Below are positions 13,052 to 23,693 of a stretch of DNA of 64,000 nucleotides, one piece after another. The notes below the pieces were generated by a model. The model was not told where the DNA came from. It did not search any database and saw only the letters and a program-made list of their open reading frames with translations. Numbering within the stretch: position 1 is the stretch's first letter; each line of letters begins with the position of its first letter. The DNA is taken from positions 27,075,422-27,139,421 of the forward strand of contig OZ316894.1 of NCBI GenBank assembly GCA_973895155.1. The letters are read 5' to 3'. A program made the position numbers and the translations under genes. Source of the stretch: Marsupella aquatica (taxonomy: Eukaryota; Plantae; Marchantiophyta).

Positions 13052-15573
13052 GTAGTAGATGGATAGTATTATGCAATTCTAGGAATGGGTCCAAAAATCA
13101 CGAGGTGCCCGATAATGGTTCAAGCATATTGCCAGAGAGAGTTTGAAACCTGAATTTAGGGTTTAGGGCCTCGCGCTGTGTGACATCTACCTTTGGTTGT
13201 GGTGGAGACTTCGCTGGTAGACCTGACTTTGGTGGCGTTGGTGTTTGCCTCAATGATGATGATGATCCAACAGATTGATCTTTCTAACCTACTGCGGTTG
13301 GGACACTGCTATCTGCAGAGACCTTGATAGTGTCGACATTGGTTTGACGCTTCGGCGGAGAGTCATCTTCTAGAGGGCCATCCGTTGCCGGGTTGAAACG
13401 ACGGACCTCAAGTCGTCATTTCCCATTAGGAGGAATGGTTGGAACCCCTGACATGTCTCTACACTTACAAGAACCAAACAGTGATTAAAAATGAACGCCA
13501 TTTGTGAAATGAAAAGCCTTTCCACGCTAAAAAACAATGAATGCCTTGACGCAAAGTTCTTCACTGAAAAAAGATCAGAGAGGCGCATACCTGAACTTGA
13601 TCTGGTGAGCGTTGAGGACTTGTAATACTAATAGCAGTTCCAAATCAACAAGCTCAAGACGGAGGCGGTGGAAATGATTGGGAGAACGATTCCAAAGACT
13701 GGAGGTTTTAGGGTGTCTGGCTTTGTTTAAGTGGAGGGTTCGCCTTGCATTCGCCTGTACGTGGTTCAAACGGTAATTGTCCCATTTACTCGCAAGTAAC
13801 TTGATTAGGTTCCAAACAACCTTAATCATCCTTGACTCGTCAGTAATGAGATGCAGATTCTTGTCACGCGGGAATTGCGCTATACTTTTCCGTTTTTGCT
13901 TTGCCTTGGGTGGGAATTTTCACATGTGGGAGCCTGTATCTGGAGCCCGTACCTTGTGTGAGTGGTCCAAAGTGTTGGTGTGATTGGACTAGCGATTTTG
14001 CTGGCCTGAAGCAAATGTCATTTTGAATGATCGGACATGGAGGTAAAAACAGGTGGCTAGAGTTGCCTCGTAAAAATTGGTCCAAATGTTTTCTCCCAGT
14101 ACATTCAAGGGACTAGAACATGCTCATGTTTACTCATTTCCTATGTCATTATCTTCTCCTTTTTTTATGATCAAACGGGGTCTTCATGCTAGCGAGGAAG
14201 ATTCCGGACCTGATTTTGGGGCCCAATACAATGGGAAAACTTGTCTGTGCAAGCAAAAATTCTACTATTTGCTCGCATGTTACAATTACCCTCTGAGAGG
14301 TGCTTTCTATTCCCTGGTTAGAAATATATTAAGATTTAGGATTAGGATATTCCTGCCTTGATTGTAGGTGCTTTGCTCCTTTGGTTGGGGCTCGGTTGTC
14401 TTTGGGTATGCCTGGATGGGTCCCCTGGGCTCCTTTGCCTGCGACCTCAGTGTGTCACTTACCTATGAAGTAGGCTTTTTGTCTCCCCCCTCACTTTGGG
14501 GCTGACTCGAAGTTAGTTTCAGGTTTTTGCTTGGCCATGATTTCACTTGACTTTGTCTTCGCTTGGCTTTAGTGCTGGCCACCTGGCTTTCTTTCCCTTT
14601 TGGGGCTTTGTGGGCTTTGCCCTGGCCTGTTTGGTCCTCCTTTCCCGCGGGGTTCGCGGGTTTTATTGAAAAAAAGGGAAAAAAAGAAGAAGAAAAAAAA
14701 GAGCAAGCTGAGTTGCGCTCCAACTGTCAACGCACAGCCGAACCCACATTCACCGCAGCCGGTCATCCTGAGCCCAGACAAAACACCCGAATCTACTCAA
14801 GCTCTCGATGAACACGGAATGAGAGGCACGAAGAAGAATGACTAGAATGCGAGAGAAAGCTCATCCCGGCCGAGACGGAAATGGCTCCTGCACAGACGAC
14901 AAACTTCCAGCCTGACGACGTTTCCAGAAAGTGAAATGGGAAGTGGCCACATCCTGCTGCTCTCCTAGATTAACGCTCGCCCAGGAAACCACCGGCCCAT
15001 TGAACAAAATCTGGGCCGTCCAATAGCAGCTGTCCGTTGGATGGCGATGCAGGAACGCCCTCAACCCTAACAATCTGGGCTGTTCATTTTTAAATGGAGG
15101 GCAGAGATTAGCCGCGGATTGAGCGCCCTGAATGGACGGCCCAGATTGGCCGCGGGTAGAGCAGCCTGAATGAAGGACCAAGATTTGCATCATGAAGGGC
15201 GATCCCGAATGGAGGGCTAAGTACCAATAGGGCGCCTCAAAGATAAACTTTTGCATTCCCTATGGACACCCGGTACTTCCATGACCCGGGTAGTCCGAAT
15301 CAGGTGGTCGGCCCACCGAGTTCACTCCCGCAAATTTTTTACCGGTTTTTTTAATGACCCGGACTTAGACTCTGTCCGTCACGGATTGACTTAAATTAAG
15401 TTCGAGTCAAGGTTCAACCTCCGTTTTTTGAGCACCCGATTCTGGGGCCCGGTGTTCATTTTCAGGAAGCGACCTGAGGCATCCGGGTGACCGGAAGGAG
15501 CCCGCAAAGCTATAGGGTTGAGACGCCCTCATCGTTAAGGAGTAAGGAAGGACCATAAACATATACATAGGGG

Positions 15574-15697
15574 TTCTCAAATATAGACCCGGAGGTTACA
15601 CAAGGCACAACAGGTCGGCAACGGATCAACATTGGGAGGTCTCAAATATAGGCCCGGGGGTTTACACAAGGCACAACTGGTCGGGAACGGATCAATT
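15574..15697. repeat. Tandem duplication of a ~65-bp unit
   Basis: tctcaaatatag..ccgg..gttacacaaggcacaac.ggtcgg.aacggatcaa occurs twice. Confidence 0.8.
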
Positions 15698-16160
15698 CCT
15701 TGTCTGCCGACCGAGGAGGCCGTCGGCATAAAGAGTCCGAGCATTCGGTATACTGGTCTGTTCGGCATAGACTGAAGTGAGGCGGATTCGCTAGCAGTCT
15801 GGTTTGGAAATTTTGAGGTGGTGAATCGTTGCATGTTTAATTGATTGTCATGATACACTGCGGATCAAAAGGCCTTACATCGTGCGGTTGCAGGATTTGG
15901 ACTGGGTTTTCGGTGATCCAGGGTTTGGTGGATGGTGAGTTTCACGGCCTTGTACCGTAGTTTTCATCCTTGTGGTGCTCTTTCCTCTGTCGCTTCCTCT
16001 GTTGCTACGATTTCTGTCAACCCGAGGGTTTCGTTTCTGCTTGTCATTTGTATGTGCTTTCTTTTGTTATAACTTGCGTTTGTGGCTGTCTTGTCTCTGC
16101 CTGGTTTCATAGCATATATCTTAAGAAGTAAGCAGTATATTGTTCAGCCTGCAAGATCCA

Positions 16161-18249
16161 ATGGCGAGTGGTGAAGAAGAAAATATTATGAACCTGCTTC
16201 GGAGAACTATTTATGACGAAACACGACTGCGAAACGTTGCTGCGAAACTATGCCTTAGCTGGGTTGGAGTATCTATGTTGCTAGGGTTGTCGGAAATGGA
16301 TCTCGAAGACATAATCCGGCGCGTGTTCCCAGGGGCACCTGACGGATTGGAAATGGCAATTAAGTTGGCAATTCAGCTTCAAAAAGGAAACTCTACGGAT
16401 GGTAATTCCAACTGAATTTCACAGCAATGTGTTTCTCGTCAGTATCTTCTGGTTCTTGTTCTGGTTTGTCTTTTCGTTGAGTTTTTTCCTTTGAGCACCC
16501 CTCTGTTGCTGCTTGGTTTTCTTTGCTGAAAAGTGATCAAGGGTATCATGGACAGCAGCTGTCGCCCTTGCTCTGGCATTTGTTTGGAAAGTACTGTTGC
16601 AATAACAGGTGTCCTGTGTCTCTTCCTGCTTTGCCGAACCGATAAAGCATTTCTGCCGGAATCGTGCCAAATTTGTAGGGCTCATTGCTCGAGTGATTAT
16701 TGGATGACTTTCCTGTTTTTCTCATCCTCTTCAACACTTAGAGACCGATGTGTATGCAGAGGGAGCTCAGGCAAAAGCTAATATTGAAGCTAGAGAGCGC
16801 TATTTTGGGAAACTGTTGGAACCACCTCCGACGCTCCCACGAAGTGCCCATGAACTCTCGGAGTTTTTGTCCCAGACACCAGTACCGCTCCCAATTCGCA
16901 ATCTTGTAAAATTCAAGAAAATATGCTCTTCTGAGCTGGTGGAGCTTGATATTCCCGCAGTGGCGGGAGAGTTGGCAACCTTCTGCGACAGTGCGTTCGG
17001 AGAGATAATGCGTCATTGTCCAGGCAATGAGGCCACGAGCTCACATGAATTGGCTAAACTCACTGGAGATTTCATCTCATTATTAAATGACGAGGCTCCA
17101 GCAAACGCAAAATTACAAGGTTTGGTCTGGTTACTGGATTCACCCAATCCCTCGACTACTACTCCAGCATCGCGACCACTAAAACCGCTTTTAAGACCAG
17201 ATTTTCAGCTGTTTGTGAGGGATTGTCTCATTCTCCGATGGGAGAATAAGACAGACCCGGCACTTCGGCACGAGGCTGCAGGTGAGAACACCTCAAAATT
17301 AAAGGCATGGAGCCCTTTGTTCTATGGTAAGCTCCCTTATGTGATTGGTGGTTGCTCCGGTGGAAGGCAGTTTCAATGGCTGAAGCTCTATCCGCTAGGC
17401 AAGGAAATTCTTTGTGAAAGTATCTCACAACTCTATGACTTGAATATGTTGAGCGATGTAGCCAAGTTCCTACATAGCACCATTCGGATGCACTGTCTCC
17501 TACAGAAACTACAGGAAGAACTGGATAGTGACATCCCCTTGGCATTATATAAGCCAATAGCAAGAGTTTATGGTGGAGCAGTGACGATCTATCCTGACTG
17601 CGTGACGAAGGAAATCCCAGGATTGACGAAAGAGAAGGTGACCGCGATAGAATGCCTGTATGAAAAAATCGCTGGCTCCAGGTACCTGATCCAACTTATA
17701 TCCGTCCGACGATCCAAGGCTAGAACAGTATTGCGACTACAACCTGTTGGTGACCCATATGCAAAGCCTAAGGATTGCAAGGATTTAGTAAATGCCACGC
17801 ATGACATGTTATGCGGCCTTGCGGACTTGCACATGAAAGGCTACACCCACAGGGACATAAGGTGGCCCAACGTTATCAAAGTAAATGATTTGGGTGAATG
17901 GAAATGGGTGATCATAGACTTGGAAGCTGCTGGAGACGACAATGAAGTATGGGTTGGTGAGGACTTAACGGGTTGGGATGCGGAAACGTTGGAAGAAGAC
18001 AATGACAAAAGGAAAAGGAAAAGGAAAAGGAAAAGGAAAAGATACACCAAGGGATCGGACATGTACCAACTCGGGAAACTTATAGCTGAATGGCTCGATG
18101 ACTTTTCTAACGGCGGTAAGGAAGAACGTCAATTGATGAGATCCCGGGCAAAACAAATGCAGCAGGAACGTACAGCAGCAGCGAAGATGCTTGAGGATAT
18201 CTGCAAGAAACGTTGCGAACGATGTCGCGTGTTTGGCAGAAAGCTGTAG
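16161..18249 (+). CDS. Crinkler (CRN)-like protein: helical N-terminal header, PD-(D/E)xK REase-like domain, atypical protein kinase; exons 16161-16401 and 16760-18249
   Basis: Phase-1 GT-AG intron (G|gtaatt...tgcag|AG) joins the exons in frame. REase-like LRPDFQLFVRDCLILRWENK; kinase motifs VTKEI, HRDIRWPNV, IIDLE, SDMYQLG. Confidence 0.75.
18007..18041 (+). repeat. (AAAAGG)n microsatellite encoding KRKRKRKRKRKR
   Basis: Hexamer repeat read directly inside the kinase C-lobe. Confidence 0.9.
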
Positions 18250-18462
18250 ACAGGATTCTGATACTCGTAGCAGTAACTCATTGGAAGGTGATCTGCTTTC
18301 CCTGAAATTCGTGTTCTTCCATATTTGTTGAGTTCTCGATTGCTGTTGATTGGCATCAACTGTCTCACCTTGGCGAAGAGGAGACTGCCCTATGTTTTTT
18401 CTTCTCCAAATCTTCATTGACAGACAGATGCAATAACAAAACCCAATTGTAGACTTCCGCAG

Positions 18463-18777
18463 GTTTCAAAGGCGAAAGTGAAGCCGCTTTACATCTACTC
18501 TGATAGCATGCTGCTCATCCGCTCCATGACTGAATGGATTCCGGGATGGATAGCACGAGGATGGGTCAAAGCTGATGGAGCCCCCGTTTTGAACAGTGAT
18601 TTGTTGAAGTGGTTGCTGAGGGAGCAGGGTGAACGACGCATCTTCTGGACGCATGTCCTGGCGCACACAAATGGAAGAGACTGGAAGTCGAAATGGAATG
18701 ATTTAGCAGATCAGATGGCCAAGGAACAGGCGCATCAACAGACGGGAGATAGTTTATGCTGTGGAGCTGTGATGTAG
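18463..18777 (+). pseudogene. Orphan exon encoding the C-terminal half of an RNase H1-type domain
   Basis: IYSDS, WIPGWIARGW, PVLNSDL, WTHVLAH, WNDLADQMAK; ccgcag acceptor at 18462. The N-terminal catalytic D and E are missing. Confidence 0.8.
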
Positions 18778-19678
18778 TCGATTTTGCTGTATGACAATCA
18801 TCGAGCTGAGCATCGGGGAGCAATGAGGCGATTGGGCCAGTTAACAAAGTGTGAACTGTGCGTCTGCATTCGATTGCAAAGATTTCCTTTTTTTGGCGAA
18901 GCGATACGTGTATCATGTTTAGCGCGATGGTATGATCGAGTCGAAGGGATAATATTGGAGCTCCCTTAGTGTTTGGATAACTTTTAGGACTCATCCTCGG
19001 GATATGAAATGTAGATAACGTAAAGAGTAGGACTGACTGTAGAGGTCTCGCGATTGTGTCGTCCAGAACAATCTTCCAGAAAATGCTTCTTCTAAACGAT
19101 TTCGTTTACTTTCTTTCGTCTTGGGCTCACTCATAGAATCAATACCGACTGCACCGATGTGGGTATCATTCCCATTTTGATATCGATGATTTATTGTAAA
19201 GTTTCGATCGACTTTGTAGTTTCCAACTTGCAAGTGTCGAGAATCTCAGGTTGGTCACTAGGCGCATTGTGTGATGTTTTTACAACTCACTAGACCTGAA
19301 TTAGATAGGCGCCCATGGAGTCTTTGCTAGGAAGTGGTTGTTTTTACATGATTCTTGACCAAAATGCATTCCCATGTCCAGAGAATGCATTCTCAAGTAA
19401 TTCGTTCGAATGAGCGGTCACGTCACACTTGCTTGGTATGAAAATGGTGCAAAGCTTGGAGACAACAATTGGAATACCATCCATAATCCAATGCGCCATT
19501 CTGGGTCCAGACCAATGACAGCTTTCAAGAAGGAAAGGGCATAACATAAACAGCGCACTCAGATAGATATCCTGTCAATCTGAAGACAAGATGCTCACAA
19601 GGATGCGACAGATTAGAGAATGTAGAATGCAAAATTCTCATTTAAAAAATTATGAGAGAAGGCCATTAGGCGAATTCT

Positions 19679-22160
19679 TTACACCTGCACCAGCCTCTTT
19701 GTGTCATCCCTTAGCTTAATAACGCCAAAGCAGCGTTCACATAGTGTTGGGTATCCCGGTTGAGAACCCACACCCGTTGTGAAGTTCCAACATCTCTCAC
19801 ATTTTGCCCCTTCGGCACTTGATACTCCCCACCCATAAGTCCCCGTAGCCTTCTAGTGTAGAGCTTCCCACAAAGGGGAGATTTAAAGATGTTCCTTCAT
19901 CAAGTGATACTGAGTAAACCTGAAAAGTGAAAACGTGAAGGAATATCAATGGACGGCTTAGAGGCTGCCAGAAGCTGACATACCAAACATCGGGATGCAT
20001 CTAGGAGAGACGAGGTTGAATGGAGAAGAAGGTACCTGCGAAGTCAGAAAGACTCTGCTCAGATTGTCAACCCCTCCTTGGGAACCCGACAAGGCTTGCA
20101 AACCTTGGTGGAGTTCCGCATTGGCAGCACTTATGTAAACTTTTGCATCCATGCTTGCTCCAATGAGCTTACCACCCCTCGCGGATTCAAGGACCTTGTT
20201 GACCTCGCCTCTCACCTGTACACCCAACTCCTACAATTTTATAATCGGCCCTCTCAAATACTGTAGCTGAGATATCCATTTCCTCTAACTCGAGGCCATG
20301 AGAAGTTCGATTGAATAGCCTTACCTCTCCAAAAATGTGTAACTATTATATATATGAAATCCCGCCGGTTTGATCCGAATTCCAGACAGCCCATATTATC
20401 CTACTGCTCCTCGCCTCAATTCTACTACCTCAAGATGCCGTCTACTGATTAGTCTGTACTCTGGTTGCCTAATCAGTACTCTGGTTGCCTTGCCTACTCT
20501 AATTTCAACTCCTTAAGAAGATATTTCAATGGAGAGGACTGCAAGGGGATTTGTCCGTGAAAGACTGAGAGCGGAAGTGACTACAAACCTGCAATAGTGC
20601 CGTCCAAAACTTCAGATCGTCTTTAGAGAAAGCTCGCCAACTATCGTCCACTTTTGGCCACAAGGCCTCAAAAACAGTGTCTGTGCTGGAACCACTGTCA
20701 GAAGCGTATGAGAATGGTAGGTGCTGCCACACATCTTCTGCCATATGGGGCAAAACTGGTGCGATTGCACGTACTAAGGAGAGCAGATGAACCGCAAGGA
20801 CGGTCTGACAGCTCCTTCTGGTGTAACTGTCCGTATCTCTGCAATGAAGTCCAAGTTACTTTTCCATTACTCAAAATCTCTCGAGCAATGACAACATGAA
20901 GTCATTACGAAAACACGTCAGCGGAGACAACGAGTAGATCTCTTACCCAACGTAGAGCCTATCTTTCGCAATGTCGAAGTAGAAGTTGTATAAATCGACA
21001 ACCACGAATCGCTGGACTTGCTACTTTCCCACACACGTCAAAGATAGCACTGGTAAGGCTCACCTCTTCCAACGTGCATTCACTCGTTTTGGACTTTTCA
21101 AGTTGCCTTCATCACAATAGCATGCGATGACCTCGAACAAGTGCAGATTTGAAATTTTTGACGTAAACCAAGTCTAAAGTGAAAAGATTCCCAAAAGCTG
21201 ATAGAGACGAAGATTACAGGGTACGCCAAATGTAAGACAAAAGAAACACAATAAAACTGCCTACAAGAAAAGGCTGATGCAAAAGTTGAATCACCGACTT
21301 TGAGTTCGTGTATTCGCATTTATGCCATCTTCAAGCATGTTTTAGATTACGCAAATAACTTAGCCCGTCCTGTCGAAGGGTTATGCGAAACAAACCTGGA
21401 AGAAATGATAAAACTGAAAGCTCTCAAAACTATGTTCCACCGTATCCACCAAAGTAGCAAGTTGATAAAGAGCATATTGGTCCACCTTTGGGAGGTCCTT
21501 GTAATCCACAGAGCTTTTCGGCTGCATGTGTATAAGATCACAGTACGACAGTGAGAATGGGTGAGAGCACCAGGGACTTCAACCACTCTAGAAAATAACT
21601 TTACAAGCTCAATTCCACGAGACTAAAAACAGGAGCTTCTAACCAACCACATTACTTGGCATCAAATCAACTACCTACGTTTTGATCAAGGTAATTCAGT
21701 CCCATTTCCTGACTAAACACTAGAGTAAAGGAGATGGAACGTACTTCCCAGTCATGAAGATTGGATAGAAGATATCTGAGCGTCCCCCTCAACTTACGGT
21801 AAACATCAGACATTTGCCTAATGACTCGAGGGCCAACCATAACATCTCCAGTGTAATCCACACTTGAAACCCACAGTCTAAGGACGTCAGCCCCATAACC
21901 AGGCTCTTCCTGTTGATTATATCAGAAGAATTAATCACGGAGAAAATGTTCCAACGAACTTTTTCATTCATGAAACCCAATTACATTATGAATCAAAGCT
22001 TACGACCAACCTACGCTATATCTCTCAACAATGAAGTAGGGAAGAACATTCGAGAACGTGCATGCAGACTCTTGGGTTCGTCACCACGACTTGTTAAAAA
22101 TTTCAAGCAAGATACTCTAGAGCAGTACCTTCTGATTTTTTCCTCCTTCAATAACAGTTC
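19679..22160 (-). pseudogene. IleRS: Organellar (bacterial-type) isoleucyl-tRNA synthetase, 3' exons only, frameshifted
   Basis: GT-AG exons ~22160-22129, 21909-21745, 21521-21396, 21020-20947, 20838-20589, 20215-20036, 19919-19679 give TVIEGGKNQK/EEPGYGADVLRLWV..YRKLRGTLRYLL..FYFDIAKDRLY..RRSCQT..LPHMAEDVW..KCERCW..LCERC. Extra G at about 19830. No HIGH or KMSKS region is present. Confidence 0.92.
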
Positions 22161-22203
22161 CTCGAACCGTACTTGATCCTCGAACTGTTATTTATCGAGG
22201 AAC

Positions 22204-22992
22204 TATACACCAAGGGATCAACTACAATCCTGTCATCCTCCAAATGCCAACTCACGTTTACGGTTGGGGGTTTACCGTTTCCGGTTCAGGGTTTACCGTT
22301 TACGGTTTAGGGTTTACCGTAGTTCCGTGTTCTTCTTGCCCCGAACGCCCGAAAAAGACTGTCGTGCCATGAAAATACAAAGTAAATCAATCCCTGCACC
22401 ATTCTTCAAACGTCACTACTTCGGGAGCCCGGATAGCACTAAGGCCTTCTTCCCATACTCCCCTCGCATCAACTCTGCCCACCCTCCATCCCCGTCATTT
22501 AGGGTTTATTTTAGGGCTCCCTTACCCTTGTGTTGTTCCTCGTGGCTCCCTCCCGCGGCCCCCTATACACCAAGGGATCAACTACAATCCTGTCATCCTC
22601 CAAATGCCAACTCACGTTTACGGTTTGGGGTTTACCGTTTCCGGTTCAGGGTTTACCGTTTACGGTTTAGGGTTTACCGTAGTTCCGTGTTCTTCTTGCC
22701 CCGAACGCCCGAAAAAGACTGTCGTGCCATGAAAATACAAAGTAAATCAATCCCTGCACCATTCTTCAAACGTCACTACTTCAGGAGCCCGGATAGCACT
22801 AAGGCCTTCTTCCCATACTCCCCTCGCATCAACTCTGCCCACCCACCCTCCCCGTCATTTTGGGTTTAGTTTAGGGTTCCGGGGTTTACCGTTTCCGGTT
22901 CAGGGTTTACCGTTTACGGTTTAGGGTTTACCGTAGTTCCGTGTTCTTCTTGCCCCGAACGCCCGAAAAAGACTGTCGTGCCATGAAAATAC
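22204..22992. repeat. Satellite array, left part (360-bp and ~254-bp units) with degenerate telomere-like 7-mers
   Basis: The unit restarts at 22564 (360-bp period). It contains GGGTTTA CCGTTTC CGGTTCA GGGTTTA CCGTTTA CGGTTTA GGGTTTA. Confidence 0.93.
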
Positions 22993-23189
22993 TGTTGTAA
23001 TAGACAACTAAAGGAACGCTCAAAGATACTCCAACAAGATAGATCCATTACTATTGATGAGGGGATATATATATCCCCTTGGTTACATGGTAGGCAAATG
23101 CCCTTATACTGGTCCTATGGTTAGGAGTTCTCATACTATGGTTAAGGGTTCTCGCCCTATGGTTAAGGGGTAAACTAGGGTTTACAACA
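22993..23189 (-). repeat. Copia 3' LTR
   Basis: Identical to 28669-28865 and adjacent to the PPT ccaagggggag on the - strand. Confidence 0.96.
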
Positions 23190-23693
23190 CTCCCCCTTGG
23201 TTAGTTTATGGAGGAGCATAAAGTAACCACATCTCTTGAACCTAGGGTATAATCCGGTTTAGGGGTCCACCTGTGTGATGTAGCCTCATTAAAACCTCGC
23301 CGCTTTCTTCTCGAGGAAAGAGTGCTACCATCACTTATATAGGTGGTTTCCCATATCTAATGTCCTGGTTAAGCCTTTTTGCCATGTCTTAGTTAGTGTT
23401 GATCGTATGTGCTAAGTGGGGTTATGTGAATGTTCCTAATGGGTGTCTAGTCTCCCCCTCAGCTCGTTGCCTGGTGTGCGCCTCGTGTTGTTCTTCATGT
23501 CGTTTTGCGTATTGCGCTTCGCTTCGTGTTGTGCTTTGGGTTAGTGAGGCCAAGTCGGGCGTTTTTGCGTTGGTTTGCGTTGTTTCACGTCGGGGATGTG
23601 GTGTGGCGCTCGCCGAGTGTGGTGGTCGGGCATCTGGAGGCGGCTTCATCGGGCGACAGCTTCGTCGTTGGGTAATCCTTTCGAGCTTCAGTG

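Noticed and set aside
13100-15560. Possible LTR or DNA-transposon fragment between the duplicated CRN headers
   Set aside because: No terminal repeats, TSD or transposase motif could be identified by eye.
22264-22869. 201-aa ORF and similar ORFs at 29073-30014
   Set aside because: They are translations of satellite units (repeating YRFRFRV) with no protein-like features.
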